From contig OX442314.1 in NCBI GenBank assembly GCA_949358305.1, positions 27,776,001 through 27,840,000 of the forward strand: 64,000 bases of DNA, given 5' to 3'. The position numbers were made by a program, and so were the translations under genes. The stretch is from Strigamia acuminata. Lineage: Eukaryota. The notes beneath the pieces were generated by a model, which was not told the origin of the DNA, did no database searches, and saw only the letters and a list, made by a program, of their open reading frames with translations. This document shows positions 24,201 through 36,200 of this stretch, one piece after another (within the stretch, counting starts at the first letter, position 1; each line of letters begins with the position of its first letter).

Positions 24201-27200
24201 GAAATCCCTAAAATCTTCAAACGAAAATAATGAAGGAAAATCTACTACGTATTTCTATTTCATCAGTTTAACTTCTTCACATGGAAATATAAACTGAGAA
24301 TTTAATCTGTCTATTTTTAACTTAAATCTTTTAGTTAAATATTTATCTCCAATATTCACTGTTGCAATTCAATCGAATTTAATTGCAACCTAATCTCGGT
24401 GGGACCTCCACGTGTGAGATTAGGTGGTAGTCTTTGAAATCCCTAAAATCTTCAAACGAAAATAATGAAGGAAAATCTACTACGTATTTCTATTTCATCA
24501 GTTTAACTTCTTCACATGGAAATATAAACTGAGAATTTAATCTGTCTATTTTTAACTTAAATCTTTTAGTTAAATATTTATCTCCAATATTCACTGTTGC
24601 AATTCAATCGAATTTAATTGCAACCTAATCTCGGTGGGACCTCCACGTGTGACGGTGACGACCACAACTCCCATTTAACAATGGTACCGGGAAGAGATCG
24701 CAATAAATAAACAGTGAATACAATACGAGATAAATACAAGACAGTTTATTGTTGGCAAACAATATGGATGAGCTAAATTATACATAGGACTAATGCCGAC
24801 ATTTGGCAAGTTAAATCAGCTATTAAACTATACAAAGAATTGGCCAACTGGCCCTAGAATAATATCACTACGGGTCTGGAATATGGGAGCGGTTTCCCCA
24901 TCGCTCGACCTGATTATAGATGTCATCTTAAGCCGGATGGCTGTGTCCTGGAGTCCGATACGGCTTCGCTGGTTTCCTTGGTTCGCTGTGTAAACTATCG
25001 CACGTCGATAAATCGAATGATCTGAGCATTGCGGTTGACTTTGTCTGCACCGCCACAACTTTGGGAGGATATTGGTGTAAGTAAATGTATTCATTTACTT
25101 ATCAATATTCCACTTATGAATTATATTTAATTCATATCGTTGTGAATTCTTATTTAGATATTTCGGGAATAAGTTGTCGTCAACTTATCGGTTATATTGA
25201 GTTCAATATGAGATTAAGTCTTCTGACTTGATTTTGGTCCAACTGGTTGTCGAGTTTAAGTTTTGCTGTTATAAATAAAATGAAGATTAAGCTTCCCGTC
25301 GCAACACACAATTGCCATCGATTAGAATATACGCCTTGCCATGCAGAACGGTATCAAGCGTCCCCGGCGTCGCAGCACGGTCGTCCATCGAGTGGTTGAC
25401 GGTACCACGTACACAGGGGTCGATAGCTCGCGGCTCCGCACAGCAGTTTTATCTCTCGCGGTACTAATAATAGACCGACTGCTTTGGCATCGAATACCAT
25501 GAGAATCAGCTTGCCAAACACTTGGTGCTACTCGTGGTTACTGTAAAACAGACTGCTTTGGCACCATCAGGTGAAGGAACCGATTCTCAACAATACCGAT
25601 GCTACTCGTGGTAACGGAATACGTTCATACCGAAAAAGACAACTTGGTCCTGTCCGGAGGATACTGAATTGCACAACGGCGGGTTCTCCTTCGGCGTCGC
25701 AACCGTAGACTGTAACATTTATGCAACATAATAATCCCAGCACTTCGACTTCAATTGCCGGCGGTGGCATGATTCTGTAGAATCATGCAACGGTTCTTTG
25801 CGAATAAATCAACAAAGAACCAAAAGGTTTTTTTACGTGAACAACGAATCATATTTCTTAAGTAACAATACCAAACAGAAAATAATCAAACAGAGCTGCG
25901 GAATGGCCGATTGTTTGGGTTTATATAACCTGACTGGATTTAAGGATTAATCCAGTCATCCAATTGGAACATGGGTTCCACGAATCCCTCCAATCCCGTA
26001 TCACCGGAAGTGGATACGGAGGAGCATTTATGCAAATTATGCTAATCCTTGTTACAACCGGAACTGGATACCCAGGACCGGAAATGGGTTCCACCAATCA
26101 GATTGATCGGTTGACCGATTGATCGCTAAACATTCTGTCCCGCAGAAATGGAAGTTACATTGTATTTAACAATGTCAGATACTTAATATATATTTATATT
26201 AATATTTAACACAATTTATTCACTTGATTAAATATACGTTTATATTTAATCATGAGGTTTTCAAGTTCGTATTCGAATTTATCGCTAATTGCGATCGCGC
26301 CATCTAGTGGCAATATGGAGCATTGACAAATGCGGGTTTTAGCAGACGAATCTTCGTAATTATGCCGTGATACTTTAGTATCATGTGGAAATTAGTGTTT
26401 ATTCTTAATAAACGAACATCTTTGTATTTGAAACATCATAAATGACTTTATTCTAGACATTTATCAGTTTTACACAGAATATTGTAAAAATACCATCATA
26501 TTGGCGCAACAGCGCTTTCTTGATAGAAAATAGGCATTTATAGCCATTGTAAACCGTCATACCGCCATGCTTGCCGATGATCACATACGGACCATCTCTC
26601 TTGTCGGCCAAGCTGGCGGTGATTCCTCTCGCTGCATTTGAGAGGGTGTGTGCATCTTTCCACACCAAATCATTGATCTCGAAATTCACGAATTTTCCAC
26701 CGCTTTTATCTTGTAAAATGCGGTCGCGCATGTTAAAAATGTGCGCCATCATATGTTTGTATGTGCTCGAAATTGTTTGCTCCAATTTATACACATACTC
26801 ATGTGGTTTCTCTGGGTCCACCACATTTACCGACTCTGCCACTCGCGGGTCCCAAGGCACTCGTAGCTCTCGGGCGAAGTTGAGGTAGGCCGGAGAAAAA
26901 TCTCTCGTCCTCGAGACTGTTGTTCGTATGCTGAACGCGATCTCCCTCAAGTATTCATCCCACCGATTGTGGATGTCAGTGAATATACTTAATGCATATT
27001 TGATATCCCTGTTGAGTCGCTCAACGGGATTTGTTCTGGGGTTGTAGGTCGAAGTATGTGACGCCACAATCCCGAACTTCTCACAAAATTTACCCCAAAT
27101 TTTCGAGATAAATTGGGGTCCGTTATCGGATATTATTTTACGTGGAAATCCGTAACGTAACGCCGCGTCGTAGATACATTCAACGATTTTCTCTGCTGAA

Positions 27201-30200
27201 GGTCTAGCGACGGCGTACAACTCGGGCCAACGAGTCGCCACGTCCATTATAACGATAATGTACGCATTTTTATTTCCCGTAACGGGTTTTGGGCCCATCA
27301 CATCGACAGTTAAACAATCAAAAGGCGCGTAAGGCCCTAAGAAAATAGTTTCGAATGGTGATTTACTCCTCGGCTTGCACGCTTGACATCGCTGACATTG
27401 GTGGACAAAAAGAGCAATATCTTTTTTCATCCCTGTCCAGTGAAAAAGCTGTGTAGCACGATAGAGTGTTCTGCTTACTCCCGCATGGCTTGCAAGCGGG
27501 TGCCCGTGTAACAACCACAGCACGCGACCGATTAAGGAAGCAGGTATTACTACCTTTACTGCGGTGTCCGATTCACTCAAGTCATCTTGGTGATTTGGGT
27601 GATGTTTCACCAAAAGGCCGTCATCCAATAGATAATCTATGGATTCGTGTGCATAACGACGCTTCTGCCTTCTGGTTAAGTTGGGCGGATATTTTCCTGT
27701 CAGTACGAATCTAGCTCTGTCCTGACATTTTTTGTTTAATTTTTGTTGCACAATTATTTCCTCCCTTGTTGGGGGATTGCTTTTCATTTGCTTGCCGACA
27801 CGAGCGTGGAAGGCGCTTAGAAGCGAGTCATTTATTCTCTGCTCTAGCTTAAATTCCTTCTTTGCATTTGGGTAATTGTCAGCAGCTGGTTGGTATAACC
27901 GCGTCCAGAATCCACAGAATTTTACGTCTGCCGGAGACGCGGTGGGAATTTCATTCATCTTCCTTAAATCCCAACGGTGACAACTCGTAGGGCAATAAAT
28001 GATGCGGGAGTCATCCTCGCCATCATCGTCAGCGTCGATTGGATCTGACACTGGTGCCCGTGACAGAGCGTCAGCCACGACGTTATATTTGCCGGGCTTG
28101 TATTGAATGGTCAAGTCGCATGCCATCAGTTCTAACTGCCATCTGGCTAGTCGACCGGCTGGCTCCTTTAATTTCATCAGCCATTGTAACGCTTGATGAT
28201 CTGTGTGGACCACAAATTTGGTATATTCGAGATAATCTCTGAATTTCCTTATGGCCCACACAACGGCCAAACACTCCAACTCGGTGGCATTGTAATTTTT
28301 TTCAGCGCCTTGGAGTTTGCGACTTATAAACATGCACGGCAGGTCTTGTTCGACTCCGTCGCGCACGTGTGTTTGAAGCAACGCGGCTCCCAACCCAACT
28401 CTGCTGGCGTCCGTATGTAATATGAACGGCCGGTTTAGGTCGGGTAGAGGCATTACGCCGACTTTCGTCAGCATCCTCTTTATCGCATTAAATGCGATGT
28501 TGCACTCATTTGACCATACAAATTCGTTTTCATTCTTCAGGAGGTCGGTAACTGGGGCTGCCACTTCAGCTAGACCCGGTAGCAACCTGCCGAAGAAGTT
28601 TATCATTCCCATAAACCGTTGGACACCTTTAACGTCCTCGGGTGGTGGGAAACGATTAATCGCATCGATTTTTTCGGGGCCAATAGCTAAACCATTGAAT
28701 CCAATGCGATAACCCAGGAAGGCAAGCTCCTTTCGACAGAACTTGCTCTTGCCCGGGTGAACGTGTAACCCAGCTTTTGCCAGCCGGGTGAGCACTTGGT
28801 CGATGTGCTCAATGTGCTCTTTGAATGTTTTGGAGGCAATAACTATGTCATCTAGGTATGCCCACACAAACTGATGCAGGATATCACCCAATACGCTTTC
28901 GATTAGTCTCTGAAAGGTACTGGGAGCGTTCACTAAACCAAATGGCATGACGTTGAACATCAACCGTCCAATTGGCGAGTAAAATGCTGTTTTTATCTTA
29001 TCCTCTGGCCTCATCTCAACTTGCCAGTATCCCTTCGACAGATCCATCGTTGTAACCCAAGAAAAGGGGCTAAGCTCTCTCAAAATGGATTCGATAGACG
29101 GCATCTGTATGGGATCTATCTCTGTCACCGCGTTTAATGGGCGGTAATCAATGCATAGGCGTGGGTCCGAGCCCGGGCGCATCACGAGCACAACTCGCGT
29201 CGCGTATTCTCCCTGGGCCTCGGAGACAATGCCACTGTCTAGCATTTCTTGGCACATTTTTTGCACTATTTCACGTTTTTGCGGGTTCATTCCCTTATAC
29301 GCAACTCGTATAGGTTTATTATCCGTCAATTTAATTTCGTGAATAGCCCTATTCGTTCGGCCCGGTTTTTTCGACAGGATCCCCTCATATTTAAGTAGGA
29401 CCCTTCGTAGAGCTGCCGCTTCGTTTAATTCTAAAGCGGCGTCGGCGACAAGCGTTTCCACTACATTGTCCCGTTGCAATTCTGTTACGAATGCTTTAAA
29501 ATCGTAGTCTTGAACGAATTTCTTTAGGCCTTTCTCCCACTGTGTCTTGTCGGCCGCTTCTTTTACAAGAGCTGGTGGCACGACAATTGCGGGTCTTTCC
29601 TTGTCATTTCTGATATAATTCCAAGATTTCGTTATTGGATTTGGTTGTATTTCCATTGACGCCATGAGGTCTAAGCCCAACAGAAAAATTCTGTCGCATG
29701 TGGGCAGGACCAGGAAAGGGTGCTGTTCTACCCCTCCGAGCCACTCCATGGTCAATAATATAAATCCTTTTGGACGCGCCATTCCGTTGGCGGTTTTTAG
29801 ACGTATATTTTTATTAACGCCTTTTATCTTATCGGCGAGACCCAATGATGCTACTATGTCTTCGGAAACGAACGAGCGATCTGCTCCCGAGTCTAATAGT
29901 CCCATAATTTTTTCGCGTTCTATTGTCATGGGCAGCATACATAGGCGGCTGGTGTATTCGACCGCCACGTTGCACATGAAAACACGAAATTCTTCTGTCT
30001 CTTCGACTACTTGAGGTAATTCTTCAAGCAGTAGGTTCGGTTCTTCCGCCTCAGCGTTTGCGGTGATTACCTGCAAAGCGTTGTTGGCCCTGTCTTGAAT
30101 TTGGGCGTTGGCTATGTCACTACCCATTTCTTTGACTGGTGGCGGCTTATCGAACCCTTTGTTAAACCCCTTCTTCTTCATGAATGGCGCAGACGGTCGA

Positions 30201-33200
30201 GAAGTTATTTCTTCGCCGCCTGCGCTGACTCGTTTTTTGACTCGTTTTTTGCCATGGCGAGTTTAATCTCTGCCATCTGCTTCATTATCGCGTCAAACTT
30301 CGCGTCTTCTTTCGCTGTTCTTGGGCACTCTTTGGAGTAGTGGCCCGGTTGGTTACACTTGAAACAGCGAATATTTGATTTGTCTCTTGGGGCTTCAGTC
30401 GATTTTTTCTTTTCAGGGTCTGCTTTCGACGGTGGCGTGTAATTTTTTCGAAAATACTTCGGAATTCGGCCGGCATTTGGTTTTAACCTGGCGCGAAATT
30501 CTTCTACCGCTCTATCTCGATGGATGAGATGTACTAGCGGTCCTTCCTCATCGCAACCCGTTGATAAGGTATCGCGATAGCTTCGTATTTCTTCGTCCGT
30601 CGAATAATCGTCTTTTTCTTCTTTTTCGTCTGATTTTCCGGCATCTTGTCCGGCTTCCTCCCCCTCCTTGACCTCCTCCAGTGTCGCTTGCATGGCTGAC
30701 GCTGTCGGTGCCTTTTTAGGGGCGGCCAAAGGGTTGGAAGGCAGCGTGAATGTCAGTTTATTTTTTATTTGCAAACCAACGCTAGCTTCTGCCAGCTCCA
30801 TTATACCGCTAAGATATTCAGTAGGGCGCATAATCTTATCTGTCCCCCCATATCTTTCCGCACTCAACTTGAGACGGTTTGCGGTTGCTGCTTTCTCCGC
30901 TTCTGGTAAAGCGGAATAATACCTCTTCTCGATATCTATCGTGTTCTCGAACAGGAAGGCGCTCATCTCCTCGTAGCTGCCTCCTGTCGGTGCCCTTTCT
31001 TCAAGTAACACCCGTTGCGAGTACTCCGACAAACCGCCGAGGAAGAAAAGGTTGAATCCCGTGGCATGAAATTCCATCGGGGCCTTTTCAAACAACAATC
31101 TGGCGCGAATGTCGTAATCCATTATGGTTTCACCAGGCATCTGGCGAAAACCTCGCATCTTTCGGCTCACCTCTTCGGGTGTCTCGCCGTAGCGCAGGTC
31201 GAATCTCATTAAAAAGTCGTCCCAATTGACGCCTTTCAATCCTTGGTACCACTCACGTGCCGAGCCTGTCATTAGCTCGACAATACCGTGGGTGAGCATG
31301 TCTCCTACGGTGGCTTTAGTGGCAGTCTTAATTCGAATTACTTCGTCAAGGAAGCGATCTCCCGCTTTCCATGACCCGTCGAAACGGTTCTGAATATAAA
31401 ACTGCCACCTAATATTCCCGGTAATACTCATGGTGTCACGTCGGGAGACAGCGTATTTTTTCTTTACGCGGTCGCCAGTGCTACGATTACGATCGTTTCG
31501 TTTGCTCAGATCGATTCCCTCGGCTTTTAACGAGCCAAGTAGTGCTCTTCCAAGCTCTCCCATCGTATACTGCCGACCCGTCGAATCGGTAAACGCGCTT
31601 TGTCGGGGAAGGTCCTGAAACTCCTCCCGTCGGTGGTCGCTATTTTCCGATCGACGTCGTTTCTCTCTATCACGCGGAGAGTTGGATCTCTTCCGGCGAT
31701 TACTTGATTTATCCTTTCGTCTGTCGTCGTTGGATGAGGGGTCGGAGCTGGGGTCGGGGGACGGTGAGCGGCGTGGCGGGTTGCGCCGTGAAGAGTTTGA
31801 CTCTTTCCGGCCCCTACGACGGTCGTCACGTTCCTTTTCCCTGCGTTCATCGCGTTCTCTTTCCCTTCGTCTTTCTCCGGAACCTCTCTCCGAATCGTGA
31901 TGACTGGGTGCATTTGACTCCAGTCCATCTGACGACGAATCACTATTTCCGTAGTGATAATATTTCGGTCTTTCATCGCGTTTGCCTTCTTCTCGCGAAA
32001 AGGTGCGATCATGCGATTGTCTCCTTGACGACTCGTCGTCTTCAAGGATGGGCACTGGTTGTTGCCACTCAGTCCCTTGCGGATTATCATGCTGTTGGCT
32101 TGTGAGAGCTTGCTCTTCATTTCGCTTAGCATTATTAGCGTTGATTAACCGCGTTATCGCATTATTTGTGGCTGAATCGAGAGCTTGCATGCGGGGCCGA
32201 GTTTGTTGTTCTCTGGCCGACGCATCTCTTTTGCGCGGAGTAGCTGGCGTTGCCCTCTCCGGCTGGGGTTTGGGTTTGGCCTTCGGCGTGCGCTTTGGGT
32301 CTCCCTCTAGGCTCTCGTCGGACAGCTCGGATGAACTGACCTCTGGTTTGCGAACGGATTTCGGGTCATCTCGTCGCAATCTGGCCATAAATGCTCGCTC
32401 TGCTTCTTGTTGCGAGTGGAAAGCATATCGATGTGCTCTCAGGGCTCGGTCAACTATTTCTACCTCCTCGGGAGTAGTCGGATTGGGCTGGGTTCTGCCG
32501 TACTCGAGAGCTTGCGCTTCTCTTTCCGCCAGCTTCCTCCGTCTCTCGCGAATGGCTTGTCGAGCCTCATTCTCTGCATCCGCTTCAAATTGAGCGGAAT
32601 CAACCAATTGTTGAGCGTATGCACCTTCAACAATGGTGATTTGTGGGGATACACTGTGCGCTTTTAAAGCTGCACGTACGATCTGTAACGTTTCGTACAC
32701 GGTAATCTTCCCCGTCGGAAGGGTGTATCTCACTCCCTCCGCTTGTGCCAATTGCATCGCATCAATCAAGGTGCCCGAGACGCTGTAAGGCTGGCTTGAA
32801 ACACGCTTGACAGAGGACGAGTTGGACTTGTGCCCTTCAGACATTACCGAGGCTGGTCGACTGTGCGTAATTGGCGTGTTTAGTGCTGAATTCGCTGTCG
32901 TGTCGGACGCCATCCTTTGTATCGAAGACGTCGCTCTCGGATCGCTCACCTCGGTATCGTGCGTTAGGCGAGGCGATTGGTTACGGGATAAAACCTCGTT
33001 TCCGCTCGTCTCGCCGTCACGATTGGGACGCGGCGGTTTGGGGTGGGACGGATCCTCACTCCGCTCCGTCTCGTCTAATCGCTGCCTCGTTTCGGCGTGA
33101 GACGGGTGCGATGCCTCCGAAGCGCTTCGTCGGTCTGGCTTGGCCTTGCGGCGTTTTTGCCTAGACTCGTGCGCTGAGGCTTTGGGCAAAGGACCTCCCG

Positions 33201-36200
33201 ACCTCAAATGATAGTCGGTTCCTTTGCGACTACCGGCTCGTTTGTTAACGTCTGAGTCGGAGTCCGTTACTCGAGTATTATCTGCCATTTCTTGCTTTGG
33301 GTATGATGTAATCACAGGTTAGAATCAGTTATTCAACTTGATCCCGGACAGGCCCCCACGTGTCGCGCCCCTACTTCGCTCTTGCAGACTCGTGGGTTGA
33401 TTACTTAATTCGACTAACTCACTACCGCTTTGTTCGAGCGGTTTACCCAAAGAAATGATTACACAGATATAAAAGGTAAAATATAATATAGATTTATTCT
33501 GTGGGACAATGTACAGATATATCTTATATATATATATGAAAGGTAAGTAAAAGGTAAATCGGAATGGGTGATGGGAATGGAAAGGTAAAGGTAAGATGAA
33601 AGCTGGCTGGAATCGGCGAGGTCGTCTGTTGTCTCGTTCGTGTCCAAGATGGCGTCCTCGTTGTGGCAACGTGATGTCGTCTTGGGCCAACGTGGCAATA
33701 TGGCGTCCTCGACTCGTCTCTGGCTGGTCCTTCGGGCTCACGCTGGTCAGGCGCGAGTGAATGCTTAGTTAAAAGGCTTACTTCGGTCTGTTGTCTAGGT
33801 TTTTGTGTGGTGTCCGGCGATCACACAGCGGCGGACTCTTCTGGCTCCCGGCGGTCACACAGCGGCGGGAACGCTCGTCGTTGTTTTACTGCAGTTTAGG
33901 CTTGTGCGACCGTTTGTCTGCACAACTCGCTAAACTGGAGTGGTTTTTACTATTTCTAGCTGGTGTGCTAAAATAGTGTGGTAATCTTATCTCGCAGGTT
34001 ACTCTGCGGAGTTTGACACTGACCAAACGTACTCACGGTAAATTGTCCTTTGTCCTTGGTCAATCCCAGTATATTTACTTGGGCCTGATCTTGTAGGACG
34101 ACGGGTTTTACGTGTGTTTCTCGTTTGATGGTTGTGTTGGTTCTGCCCGCTCAGTGCAAGGCACATTCCTTTGCACAAAGCGGGGTTGACAGGTGACCGG
34201 AATCACCCAATGGTGGGGTGGACGAGCCATCCCCACTCCCTCAGGGCAGACGCCTGTCCATTGACTAGATGTCAATGCACTGAGGGAAGGGAGACGCGCT
34301 TGCGGCTCCCCTTACACTCGAAACGAGGTCACGAGAGAAACTCTTCGTTGACCCCGGTCCAGTCGGGTCACAACATGTTGAACCGACCACATCACCCATG
34401 GGGCTCACACCCTGTGTGTGACGGGTAGGTTACCGGTGCGGTGTGCCTATTGGCATCCCTGCAACGGGTGACAGGATTCCCCATACCCCTTGACAACACA
34501 TATTAAAGGCCAACAACCAATAATAGGGATTCTTTGTCATTTATTCGTGAGTATGCGTCCCACACCAGGATAACCAGTTCCTGAGTTACCTTGGCAAAGG
34601 CCATATCAGTCACAATACTTACAATGTGCACATGTGCGACGTCGCACAAAACTTGTCGTCGCGGTGTATGCATGCAAACATTATCGTAATGTAAACTATC
34701 TCAAACTGAGACTAGCTGACCCGAAAGTAACATGACACACACACCGCCAGTTAAATTCAAAAGTAACTTTGTTCAACAATAACCCTATTTAAATATCACA
34801 CTGGTCGGTTCCCATTGGTTAATTACCACGGAACAGCCCCGATTGGCTGTTTACACTTAAAACGTTTATCGGACGTATTTGTGTACGTCCGCCCGCCCCC
34901 TGGCGACACGTTGTCGCCCGTCAAAACCCGAAAAACTCCACAGTAACATCGCGAGTAAGAATATCGCATGTATGATGGAAGCCCGTCAAATTGTTTTTCC
35001 TTCAAGGGGGTGGCATATTTCGTTCAATCCTGATCATATAAATTGTTCACACTAACCTGATTTAGCGTGGCTAGCCGAATATATCATGAACAGTTTATGC
35101 AACTGGGATTGTATGTACAATTGCGGCCATAAAAATTGTTCATTACACTTCCACCGTTTAATACTAGGTATCTCTGAAGGATGGTGTCATGCCCTATCGA
35201 TACACTTTGCCCGTGCAGATGGGAATTGAAGCTGAATTTCAATTTATTTTGCGCAAAGTGAGTTAATTGCTTGTTTCTTTAGTTCTTGCAATTTGTTCAG
35301 TGATGCAGCAACATTACAGATATCTTGTGACAGTTATTATTGTGGATACATTCAACAAAAATAGTGATATAGTATTTCTTTTCTGCAAGTATCAATTTTT
35401 ACCTTCAAGAAACCCCTACTGTGAACCCAGCCTTATAAAGCAAACCCAATGTTATGAAGACTGTGTGTCAAAACAAACTCTAAAAAAATATCCACAATGC
35501 AGGTCTGTAAACTTAGTTCACTGAAACGATTGATAATGCTGATACTGTAGATTGTTTACTTAGATTGCCTTACATGGCTGACAAAAATCTGCCAGACTGC
35601 AGTTTAGAAGCAAACAAATCAATTGTGCTTAAAGTGTATGACGACTCCTACCATCCCGAAACATCCACGCTGGCAACAATTGAATGTGGTTGCCTAAGAC
35701 CTTGTCAAACGAGTGTTTATCACCTAATAGTGCAGACTGATACTTGTTAAGTCAAACAATTTTATTTTTACGCGTAATTATAACAAAATTAATCATCTTT
35801 TACTGTTAGATTTTGAAGATGAACCCAGTAGTAAAGATTTAGTAAGTTTGAATGTTAAAGTGATGGAAGAAACATTTGTCAGAATGACAGAAATCTACAT
35901 TTACAAAATTTCTAATTTGGTCATCGATTTTGGCGGTAATCTAGGATTTTCTTTGGGATATTCGCTCCTCTCTATAATCGAAATTGTACAATTTGTTTCG
36001 CTTTTGTGCTACAATAAGTATATTAGACCTGTTCGACTACAAACTCACATTAAAACAAAAGTCATTTATCAAATTAAAATGTCAAATTTGAAGAAAAAGG
36101 CAAAGAAGACTTTGACTCAAACCTCGCCCATGCTACAACACACGTTTTTCATTCTCATTTTGATTTGTGCTTTCTTAGCAGTTTATGTGAGCAAAGAAAG

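Larger units (their letters stand above)
16897..26561 (-). mobile_element. Non-autonomous LARD-like LTR element nested in the integrase
   Basis: 1914-bp direct repeats (16897-18810, 24648-26561), TSD ccgc, tRNA-Gln PBS, PPT (aagggggatg) next to the 3' LTR, and no gag/pol ORF. Confidence 0.93.
11191..34375 (-). mobile_element. Full-length Ty3/Gypsy LTR retrotransposon with an extra ORF3 and a nested insertion
   Basis: 1015-bp LTRs (11191-12205, 33361-34375) with TG..CA ends, 4-bp TSD tgtt, PBS at 33341-33358, PPT at 12206-12216, gag and pol. Confidence 0.97.

Noticed and set aside
24240..24275. CUGAUGA-aaua-GAAA on the minus strand of the leader repeats (CUGACGA in the degenerate copy), resembling a hammerhead core
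   Set aside because: No stem II, stem I cannot form around a valid NUH site, and the CUGA is paired in another hairpin.
24150..24647. CRISPR-like appearance of regularly spaced palindromic repeats
   Set aside because: The 'spacers' are identical (whole-unit tandem duplication), the context is eukaryotic, and there are no cas genes.
26453..26561. C-terminus of pol as given in the ORF track (MTVYNGYKC...)
   Set aside because: Read-through into the nested LTR; the true end is at 16451-16896.
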